NCBI GenBank assembly: GCA_001805445.1
Contig: MHGF01000034.1
Coordinates: forward strand, 166,451-230,450
Length of the DNA: 64,000 nucleotides
Source: Omnitrophica WOR_2 bacterium GWF2_43_52
Lineage (GTDB): Bacteria > Omnitrophota > Gorgyraeia > Gygaellales > UBA12090
Reading direction: 5' to 3'
Shown: piece after piece, positions 57,344-64,000 of the stretch
How the letters are laid out: every line of letters begins with the position of its first letter
Position numbering within the stretch: the stretch's first letter is position 1
The notes under the pieces: generated by a model
Told to the model about the DNA's origin: nothing
Database searches by the model: none
What the model saw: the letters and a program-made list of their open reading frames with translations, nothing else
Program-made: the position numbers and the translations under genes

Positions 57344-57530
57344 TGTCATTCAGACTGTGTCGCAATAGCAAGATGTGTGTCATTGCGATCCGCCGAAGGC
57401 GGAGAAGCAATCTTGATCCTAAGATTACTTCGTCGCTGTCGCTCCTCGTAATGACACGATGAGGCATTACTGTTTTGCCCGCAAAGATAAATAATAACAT
57501 TATGACACAGTCTGATTGCGAGCGAGTGAG
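57344..57530. repeat. nested inverted-repeat element upstream of the GIY-YIG gene
   Basis: TGTGTCATTCAGACTGTGTCGCAAT near 57344 and its partner ATGACACAGTCTGATTGCGA near 57500, with inner IRs (TGTCATTGCGA / TCGCAATAGCA). Confidence 0.4.
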
Positions 57531-57572
57531 CCGAAGCCGCGAGCGAAGCGTGGCGGGAAGCAATCTTAAAGT

Positions 57573-57863
57573 ATGCTTTCTAAACAGTATTATGTGTATT
57601 TTCTGACAAATTGGAATAACAAAGTTCTTTATGTCGGGGTAACTAATGACTTAAAACGCAGGGCCTACGAACACAAAAACGCTTTAACGCAAGGTTTTAC
57701 GCAAAAATATAACGTGAATAAGTTAGTTTATTATGAGATTTGTGAAGAAATAGAAGGAGCCATTTCAAGGGAGAAACAAATTAAAGCCGGATCCAGGCAA
57801 AAGAAAAACGAGCTTGTTTCAAGAGTGAATCCTCGATGGGAAGATTTGGCTGATAGGATATAA
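57573..57863 (+). CDS. GIY-YIG family mini-nuclease (COG2827-like)
   Basis: YYVYFLTNWNNKVLYVGVTNDLKRRAYEH: GIY-YIG motif with catalytic R and E. Confidence 0.75.
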   Translation: MLSKQYYVYFLTNWNNKVLYVGVTNDLKRRAYEHKNALTQGFTQKYNVNKLVYYEICEEIEGAISREKQIKAGSRQKKNELVSRVNPRWEDLADRI

Positions 57864-58004
57864 GATTGCTTCGCAAAAAGCGCCCGCAATGACACCTTTA
57901 AGGAGGAGGCAAGTCTTTTTATCAAAACTCTTTAAAAACAAAGAAGATAAAAAGATTTAAAACAAAAGCTTTTGACAGAACGGAATTAAGTTAACGGAGC
58001 ACTA

Positions 58005-58859
58005 ATGGCCATTTTTATTTATTCTTTTATCTTTGCCTCTACCTTTATCTGGGTGTATTTTTTGATAGGCACTGCCTTTCCTTTCGGGGTTACGTATTAT
58101 AAACAATGGCAGACGCGAAAAGCGGGAGAAATGAGTTCTCATTTGGAGAGGTCGTTTATCTTTGTAGAAAAACAAAGAGAGATTTTACTTACCTTATTCC
58201 CTATAGGTTTTGCTATCCTGGGAGGCGTTATTGTGCGAAAACCTTTGGCTCTCGTCATTGGTTTCTTGGTGGGCCTTATGCTTCCCAGCCTGCTTATAAA
58301 AGTAGCCTGGCAAAATAGAATAAAGAAATTCCGCGGCCAATTAGTGGATAGTATCATGATACTGTCAAGCTGTTTAAAAGCGGGATATTCGCTCTTTCAG
58401 GCAATTGAGGTGCTCTGTGATGAAATGCCGCCTCCGGTTTCCCAGGAGTTTGGGCTTGTGCTTAAGGAAAACAAATTAGGGGTAAGCCTTGAGGAGTCCC
58501 TGCGGTTATTGAGAAAGAGAATACCTCTTGAAGAGATGAACCTGCTGATCAGCTCTATTCTGGTTGCCAAGGAAACAGGCGGCGAACTTACCAAGGTATT
58601 TTCTCGGTTAACCGAAACTATCCGCAACAACCTGAAGCTCAAAGATAAAATCAGCACATTGACGCTTCAGGGAAGGCTGCAGGGAGCCATTATGGCATTT
58701 CTGCCTATTGGATTCGCGTGGTTTATTTATCAGCAGAACCCTCATCATTTTGATGTCATGTTAGAGACGCAGATGGGAAAGTCGCTTTTAGTTGGCGCCG
58801 TGCTTTCCCAGCTTATCGGGATGTATCTTATTAAAAAGATAAGTACAATCAAGGTATAA
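58005..58859 (+). CDS. tadB: Flp pilus assembly protein TadB (GspF-like platform)
   Basis: Polytopic T2SSF-like 284-aa protein; preceded by the 22-mer GAATTAAGTTAACGGAGCACTA. Confidence 0.65.
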   Translation: MAIFIYSFIFASTFIWVYFLIGTAFPFGVTYYKQWQTRKAGEMSSHLERSFIFVEKQREILLTLFPIGFAILGGVIVRKPLALVIGFLVGLMLPSLLIKVAWQNRIKKFRGQLVDSIMILSSCLKAGYSLFQAIEVLCDEMPPPVSQEFGLVLKENKLGVSLEESLRLLRKRIPLEEMNLLISSILVAKETGGELTKVFSRLTETIRNNLKLKDKISTLTLQGRLQGAIMAFLPIGFAWFIYQQNPHHFDVMLETQMGKSLLVGAVLSQLIGMYLIKKISTIKV

Positions 58860-58868
58860 ATCCTACAG

Positions 58869-59741
58869 ATGTTATATTTTCTAAGTATAATCTTCGCGGG
58901 CTGTTCTGTGTATATGCTTACCTTGAGTTTTCTTGCATACAGAGAACGCCACTGGCATGGTTTAGAAAAGCTTATCGAGGCCCATAAAAGAAAAAAAATC
59001 AATTTTTCTATAGATAAGGCTATTAGGCCGCTGTTTCCTTTTTTAAAGCCGATTTATAATATCCCTTATTTGAAGCGCCTGCAATTCCAATTGGAAGTTC
59101 TCAAGTTAAATAACGATATCGGATGGTTGATTCTTCTGAAGCTCATGAGCGCGGTTGTTTCCGGAATATTAGTTCTCAGGTTTTTTAATCCTTTATACGT
59201 TCCAGCAGGAATCGCGGCCGGATTTTTTATCCCCGATATGCTGTTGATTCAAAAAATTAAAAAGAAAAAAGAAGACATTGTAAGAAGCGTTCCGGAGACC
59301 ATCGATCTTCTTGATCTGTGTATCGGCGCCGGACTGGATTTTACCAGTTCAGTGCGCTGGATTATTGATAAAACCGAGTCTAACGCCTTTGTTGAGCAGC
59401 TGCAAATAGTGCTGGGAGAAATTCATGTTGGGAAAAGCCAGTCTCAGGCATTAAGAGATATGGCTAAGCGCTTAAACATTACTGATGTCAATAGTTTTGT
59501 GCGCAGTGTCGTACAGGCGGAAAATATGGGAACTTCCTTGGAGGAGGCTTTTACCAATCTTTCAGAAGACACCCGTCTTTCCCGGTTTCAGGCAGGCGAG
59601 CGCTACGCGATTAAGGCGTCATTAAAAATCCTTTTTCCCCTGCTCTTTTTTATCCTGCCGGTAATTATGATAGTAGTCGCGGGCCCGATAATAGTAAAAT
59701 TTATGCAAGGCGGCCTTATCCCATCAGGAGGTATTCCATGA
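58869..59741 (+). CDS. tadC: Flp pilus assembly protein TadC (GspF-like platform)
   Basis: Second T2SSF-like polytopic protein, 290 aa. Confidence 0.65.
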   Translation: MLYFLSIIFAGCSVYMLTLSFLAYRERHWHGLEKLIEAHKRKKINFSIDKAIRPLFPFLKPIYNIPYLKRLQFQLEVLKLNNDIGWLILLKLMSAVVSGILVLRFFNPLYVPAGIAAGFFIPDMLLIQKIKKKKEDIVRSVPETIDLLDLCIGAGLDFTSSVRWIIDKTESNAFVEQLQIVLGEIHVGKSQSQALRDMAKRLNITDVNSFVRSVVQAENMGTSLEEAFTNLSEDTRLSRFQAGERYAIKASLKILFPLLFFILPVIMIVVAGPIIVKFMQGGLIPSGGIP

Positions 59742-60295
59742 AAAAAAGCTGCGGCAAAAGAAAATCCGGTTTAGCAGTCGCGTTGTTATTGGTGCTTTTT
59801 GGCTGTGAATTCTGGGCAAGCCGTTACGTAAGCCAGGAGCACAAATTTTCCATTTTATTACCCAGTAAGTGGGAAAAAGAGGAGGGCTTCGCGGGGTCGG
59901 TAGTTCTGGCAAAGGCTGTTGAGGAAGAGCCTCAGTACCGCACTAATATAAGCGTCAGTGTCGGAAACCTGGAGGAAATTCAGGCAAATATGCGCAGGAT
60001 GATTTCGCTCGAGGAATACTTTGAGGCTAATAAAGCTCAGCTGTTAGCAGTTCTCCCTGGCGCAAAGCTCAATGTGCAGGAAGGGGAAATTGTGACTACT
60101 AAAAATGAAAAAGGCCGAGTCCTGAGTTTTGATTATGATACGGAAGATGTAAAGATACGTTTTCTTGTGGCAGTCTGGATTAAGAACAGCCGAGCGTATA
60201 CTATTAGTTGTAGTTCTGAAGTAGACAGATTTAGCCAGTATGTAACTATTTTTAACAAAGTTATCCGTAGTCTAAAGATAAATGCTAAAAATTAG
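59738..60295 (+). CDS. lipoprotein, hypothetical
   Basis: Lipobox LVLFGCEF; overlaps the tadC stop. Confidence 0.45.
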   Translation: MKKSCGKRKSGLAVALLLVLFGCEFWASRYVSQEHKFSILLPSKWEKEEGFAGSVVLAKAVEEEPQYRTNISVSVGNLEEIQANMRRMISLEEYFEANKAQLLAVLPGAKLNVQEGEIVTTKNEKGRVLSFDYDTEDVKIRFLVAVWIKNSRAYTISCSSEVDRFSQYVTIFNKVIRSLKINAKN

Positions 60296-60304
60296 TCTTT
60301 ATTA

Positions 60305-60364
60305 ATGTCCAGTCTATAAGCAATTTAGATAAACGTCCAATCTCACCTATTAAATGTCCAATCT
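60305..60364 (+). promoter_or_regulatory. three direct copies of the ATGTCCAATCT operator-like motif
   Basis: ATGTCCAGTCT (60305), ACGTCCAATCT (60333), ATGTCCAATCT (60354); same core as the palindrome at 47685. Confidence 0.45.
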
Positions 60365-60651
60365 GCGAATAATTAGCACCTATTGTTGTGTCCCATAAAG
60401 CCATTTACTTATAAAATCTTATCATAGTAGTTCAGTTAACGAATTTCCCTCTCCCTCTGAGGGAGAGGGTAGGGTGAGGGGGAAATAACCGTTTACGCCC
60501 TCCCTTTGCCCCTCCCGTCAGGGAGGGGAATAAAATGTAAAGAAATGTTTGAAACACTACGCTAGCCTTAAAACAGCGGGATAATTCCGCTAAGAGCATT
60601 ACTTATTCATTTTCAATATGAAAGCGCTTCCAGGAAAATCAAATTATGCTC

Positions 60652-60680
60652 TTGACACTATATAATATATATGATATATT
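60652..60680 (+). promoter_or_regulatory. sigma70 promoter paralogous to the flp promoter
   Basis: CTCTTGACACT (TTGACA 60652-60657), 17-nt spacer, TATATT (60675-60680). Confidence 0.5.
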
Positions 60681-61036
60681 TTATATACAGTTGAAGCGAA
60701 AAGGCAAATCTATCGCGAGGTAGAGGCGCAAAGCCACGGGTCTTGGGAGAATTGAAAATAAGATAGCCGGGTTGTCGACTTCTTAAGTTTTCGCTAAAGA
60801 TATGAAAGCAAGCGAGAACAAAAAAGAGCGGACAACACGGCTTTTTTTATTTATGTGCTTATTAACCAGTTTTAAAAAGCATTTTAAATTGAAATTTTAA
60901 AGGCTCGTTCTTAGTTTGTAGGTTAAAAAATATAAGCATGAAACTAAAAAACGTGAAGATGGAAAAAATATCCTGTGGGGGTAAGGGGGGGATTTTGCTT
61001 TTTTCTTCTAATTCTCTCAAAAGGCCAAAAAAGTGG

Positions 61037-64000
61037 ATGAGTGCGCTAATCGCACTCATTTTTTTATGTAATACCTGTTTCCCTTCCTGGGCGGAGACTC
61101 GCGATGGGAATTCCGGGTCAAAGTCTGCTGGCACGATGTTTTTTATGGGTTCCTTAGCAGGAATTATCACCGCGGTGAGCTGCTATTACAACCCTATCCC
61201 CGCGGCTGCCGGTTCTGTTGCCAGCGACCTTACCGGGCTTTATATGTATTACAATATGTATCACACGCAAGGGGAGGAGTTGATAAGTTTTAAGATTTTC
61301 GGAATGAATATTGAAATAACCAAAGGGCAATTCTGGTCAATGGTGGCTGGGGTAGTTGCGGGCGCTGTAGCAGGATATGCGACGGGCGCGGCAAGCGGAG
61401 GAAAGAGCGCGGCTTCATCGGCGGTTAAATCGGCAGCCACGACTGCCGCTAAGGAAGGCACAAAGTCAGTAATACGAAACATAGCAAAAGCAATTAGCGA
61501 TGTGATTAAGAAATTTCTGAAAGTAATAAAGGCTATAATTGACGCGATAGTCAAGCCGATTAAAGCATTTATAAATAAGATTACCAAGCAGGTGAAAGAG
61601 TGGTTTAGAAAAATATTTGACGGCATTTTCAAAAAAGCGGCAAAAGAGGCCACAAAAGAGGCCACAAAAGAAGCCACAAAAAAAGTTGTAGAAGAAACGG
61701 TAAAAGAAACTACGAAAGAAGCGGCAAAAGAGGGCGCAAAGGAAGCGGCAACAGAAGGCTCGAAATCATATTCTGATTTCTTGCGCCAGCAGTGGAATCA
61801 GGCAAAAGATAAAGCTATTATCAATAACAAATATGCTTACTACGGGAGCCAAGGCTTCTACGGAAAGGCATTGGTAAGCGTGGCACAAGATATTCTATCG
61901 GGTACTTTTGAATTGCTCGTACGCCGGACCGTTGAAGAAATACTCATTGAGAAATTCGGCTGGGACGATACGCCTGCCGCTATTGCCGGCGGCGTTATTG
62001 GGATGTATAGCAAGACTTTTGTTTTTGTGATGATGAGTAATATGGTTTCAAAAGGTACCGGCTGGGAAATAGGAAATAACGGGGCATATTTAAGCGAGGC
62101 AGACGCACAAACAGCCAGAGAGATAAGCGATTTTGCCAATACAGAGGCTCAAGTAGAAACAGGAAACGGAAAGAGTGAAACTATTACTGTGAAGGATGCG
62201 GCAAAGATACAAGTAGAATTGACGGATACAGACGGCAAAGGCTATGAACCAGCAAGTCTGTCCGAGGTGGTATCAATAGGTGAACCAGTTATAGTTCCAG
62301 GTAAAGACGGAAAACCAACCGCTGGCCGGAAAGTAACACTGAAAAATGGAGATGAGGCTGTTGTTCTTAAAGGATCTTCGGAGGATCGCACCTATAGCCC
62401 TGAGGAATTAGGCAGGATGGCATCCGGGTTCGATAAATCATTGATAGCGTTGATTCAACAGCATGCCGCAAACCTGCGAACTCCCTTAATGAGAATGACA
62501 GGAGGGTTGATGTTAAGCCGTGATGGCACGGCTTTAAGCACCTTTACCCCATTGGGCGCGGGTACAGAGGCAGTATTAAAGTTAGGCTTATCTCCGCTTG
62601 CTTCAGCGGCAACAATCATAGCCATATTAAAACTTTTAGGTTATCAGAGCTATTACGGCCAAAAGAATGACCGGGCTTTTGAGAATCTGTGGAAATTAAC
62701 CTTGGCCGAGGCAGCAGGCGGTTTTACCGGCAATATGGTAAACAGGGTTGACCCTCTGCTCCATATGGCTAAAACTGATAAATCTCTTCAGCAGGAGAAA
62801 GGCCAATCGAGAACCCTTGCGGAGATAGTGAGCAATGTGGGCGGCTCCGGCACGACCATAAAACCTGAAGAGAGAGGCAGATTGGTAACTGACAGGCCAT
62901 TTGATATGCCTCTTGGGCAATTCGCCTTGACAGAGCTGTCTTCATCATTAGGTGAGGCTGCTTTTAGAATAGGAGTGGGGTATTTCATCGCTAAGAATGA
63001 TATTGATCTGGCGCTTGCTGTGCAGATACATCGGACCGCGGGCGCTCTTTTCGGCGGTTTGATAGATGCCACATTACGCAGGGATCCGGGTAAAGTAGCT
63101 ACCACTAAGTTAGAAGTAACCTTAGAAGATGGAACCACCCTCAAGGGAGAAAATGCTATAGAGGCGAAAGAGGTTGTGAAAGAGCACTATAAGGGCAAAA
63201 AGGTTGTAGATTCTCAAGTTGTATATACGATGATGGATGACAAGCAGAAAGAAAAAGATATATTCTTAAGCCACCAAGTATCGAGTGGAAAAAGTATATG
63301 GTCTTATTTCCTTCCTGCTGTGAGCGAACAGAGTAATAACAATCTTATTAATGGATCCTTGGATGCGTTTCCTTTTCCGTTTCCTATCCGTTCTCCCGGT
63401 ACTGAGCCTAATGCCCTGCAGGCACAGTGGCATCAGCAGGATATGTTCAAACAGCACATTGCCGGGATGATGGCAGGCGCAAGCTCGAAGGATCTTCTTG
63501 CCGCCCGCGCTTCTTCAGCGATAATTGGCTGGACAGCGCATAACTTTGGCGAGTCTGTGGCATACGGATTAGGCAATCACCTGTGGCTTGGTGAACGATA
63601 TAAATCATACGCGAGCTTTATCCCTATTAAAGAGAGGCTAAAGTGGGACAATAAACGAACGCAGGCTGAAAAGAAAAGTCTGGAAAAATTAGAAAATACC
63701 CAAGATAAACTTAAGGAGGATCATAAAGTCCCTTCACAGAAAAGGAAAGAGTTAAAAGATGAATTAACAGAAAACTCTTTGCGAGAAGAAGCGTGGAAGA
63801 TGGCCCGTTCTGATAATAACCTTGAATCAAAAACAGGGCAGGAGGCGCTCGAGGCTTTATCAGGGGATCGTAATAAGGATAGGTCAAGATTAAAGAAAGC
63901 GGAAAAGATTATTAATGACTACTATAAGGGGATTACTGAAGAAAAAGCAACGGAAATGTCCAAATCTAGGGATAGCGGACAGCAACAGGCAGGGAAAGAA
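61037..64000 (+). CDS. large secreted repeat protein, 3'-truncated by window end (alternative starts at 60938/60959)
   Basis: No stop from 60893 to 64000 in this frame (my own reading; absent from the ORF track because it lacks a stop); signal peptide MSALIALIFLCNTCFPSWA/ETRDG; KEATKEATKEATKK repeats. Confidence 0.6.
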   Translation, partial: MSALIALIFLCNTCFPSWAETRDGNSGSKSAGTMFFMGSLAGIITAVSCYYNPIPAAAGSVASDLTGLYMYYNMYHTQGEELISFKIFGMNIEITKGQFWSMVAGVVAGAVAGYATGAASGGKSAASSAVKSAATTAAKEGTKSVIRNIAKAISDVIKKFLKVIKAIIDAIVKPIKAFINKITKQVKEWFRKIFDGIFKKAAKEATKEATKEATKKVVEETVKETTKEAAKEGAKEAATEGSKSYSDFLRQQWNQAKDKAIINNKYAYYGSQGFYGKALVSVAQDILSGTFELLVRRTVEEILIEKFGWDDTPAAIAGGVIGMYSKTFVFVMMSNMVSKGTGWEIGNNGAYLSEADAQTAREISDFANTEAQVETGNGKSETITVKDAAKIQVELTDTDGKGYEPASLSEVVSIGEPVIVPGKDGKPTAGRKVTLKNGDEAVVLKGSSEDRTYSPEELGRMASGFDKSLIALIQQHAANLRTPLMRMTGGLMLSRDGTALSTFTPLGAGTEAVLKLGLSPLASAATIIAILKLLGYQSYYGQKNDRAFENLWKLTLAEAAGGFTGNMVNRVDPLLHMAKTDKSLQQEKGQSRTLAEIVSNVGGSGTTIKPEERGRLVTDRPFDMPLGQFALTELSSSLGEAAFRIGVGYFIAKNDIDLALAVQIHRTAGALFGGLIDATLRRDPGKVATTKLEVTLEDGTTLKGENAIEAKEVVKEHYKGKKVVDSQVVYTMMDDKQKEKDIFLSHQVSSGKSIWSYFLPAVSEQSNNNLINGSLDAFPFPFPIRSPGTEPNALQAQWHQQDMFKQHIAGMMAGASSKDLLAARASSAIIGWTAHNFGESVAYGLGNHLWLGERYKSYASFIPIKERLKWDNKRTQAEKKSLEKLENTQDKLKEDHKVPSQKRKELKDELTENSLREEAWKMARSDNNLESKTGQEALEALSGDRNKDRSRLKKAEKIINDYYKGITEEKATEMSKSRDSGQQQAGKE

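Noticed and set aside
1-64000. CRISPR arrays, rRNA genes, integrase/att core for the prophage
   Set aside because: No regularly spaced short repeats, no rRNA-like sequence, and no tyrosine or serine recombinase gene were seen. The prophage boundaries therefore cannot be fixed from this window alone.

Overview
This 64-kb window comes from an unidentified bacterium with a mosaic composition: roughly 45-50% GC in the phage and host parts, AT-rich in the cargo parts. It falls into three blocks.

Block 1 (1-13.6 kb) is the late/tail module of a lambda-like siphovirus prophage. The genes run in lambda order: gpZ-, gpU- and gpV-like proteins, two chaperone-size ORFs, the tape-measure protein, then gpM, gpL, gpK (NlpC/P60) and an unusual single ORF fusing gpI to the host-specificity protein gpJ (1205 aa). 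Tail-fibre and lysis-region genes follow. No integrase, terminase or portal gene lies in the window.

Block 2 (13.6-31.3 kb) is an AT-rich defence and mobile-element island inserted after the phage late operon.
- An Xis-family HTH gene behind a strong extended -10 promoter precedes a Type III restriction-modification pair (mod 746 aa, res 894 aa).
- Next come two small unknown genes; the first carries a HEPN-like R-x4-H-D motif.
- A SIR2-HerA defence pair (420 aa and 617 aa) is followed 9 nt later by a compact UvrD-like SF1 helicase (624 aa).
- A convergent ParB-like HTH gene closes this part.
- A roughly 5.7-kb segment is bracketed by imperfect ~50-bp direct repeats. It contains a membrane protein, a Schlafen/AlbA_2-type ATP-binding protein, two unknown AT-rich ORFs, a 942-bp unit carrying a RAYT/IS200-like Y1 (HUH) transposase between perfect 17-bp terminal inverted repeats, and a RelE/ParE toxin-antitoxin pair.

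Block 3 (31.3-64 kb) is host chromosome.
- It opens with a lipoprotein, a lytic transglycosylase, a CheC-like protein, tRNA-Leu(GAG), an STT3/PglB-like oligosaccharyltransferase on the minus strand, a two-component set (response regulator-GGDEF, histidine kinase, FIST protein) and tRNA-Glu(CTC).
- A large Tad/Flp pilus locus follows: a parvulin PPIase, CpaB, a CpaC secretin with a C-terminal TonB_C domain, a single-ORF CpaE-CpaF ATPase fusion, a DUF192 protein, and a 574-aa HTH protein.
- The locus continues with an array of at least eight Flp-type pilin paralogues (one missed by the ORF track), TadE/TadG-like pseudopilins, a Cys-rich acidic 473-aa pilin-like protein, then TadB and TadC.
- A mini GIY-YIG nuclease with a nested inverted-repeat element is inserted inside the locus.
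- The window ends in a secreted protein of at least 988 aa that is absent from the ORF track because it runs off the window.

Shared regulatory signals stand out. An ATGTCCAAT operator motif occurs as a palindrome over the -10 of the HTH gene and as three iteron-like copies upstream of the giant gene. Two near-identical promoters (CTCTTGACACT-N15-TATATT) drive leaders that share a GCAAAGCCACGGG element; the pilin leader ends in a terminator hairpin just before the first flp gene. An identical 22-mer sits directly before the start codons of the lipoprotein gene and tadB. No CRISPR array or rRNA was seen.
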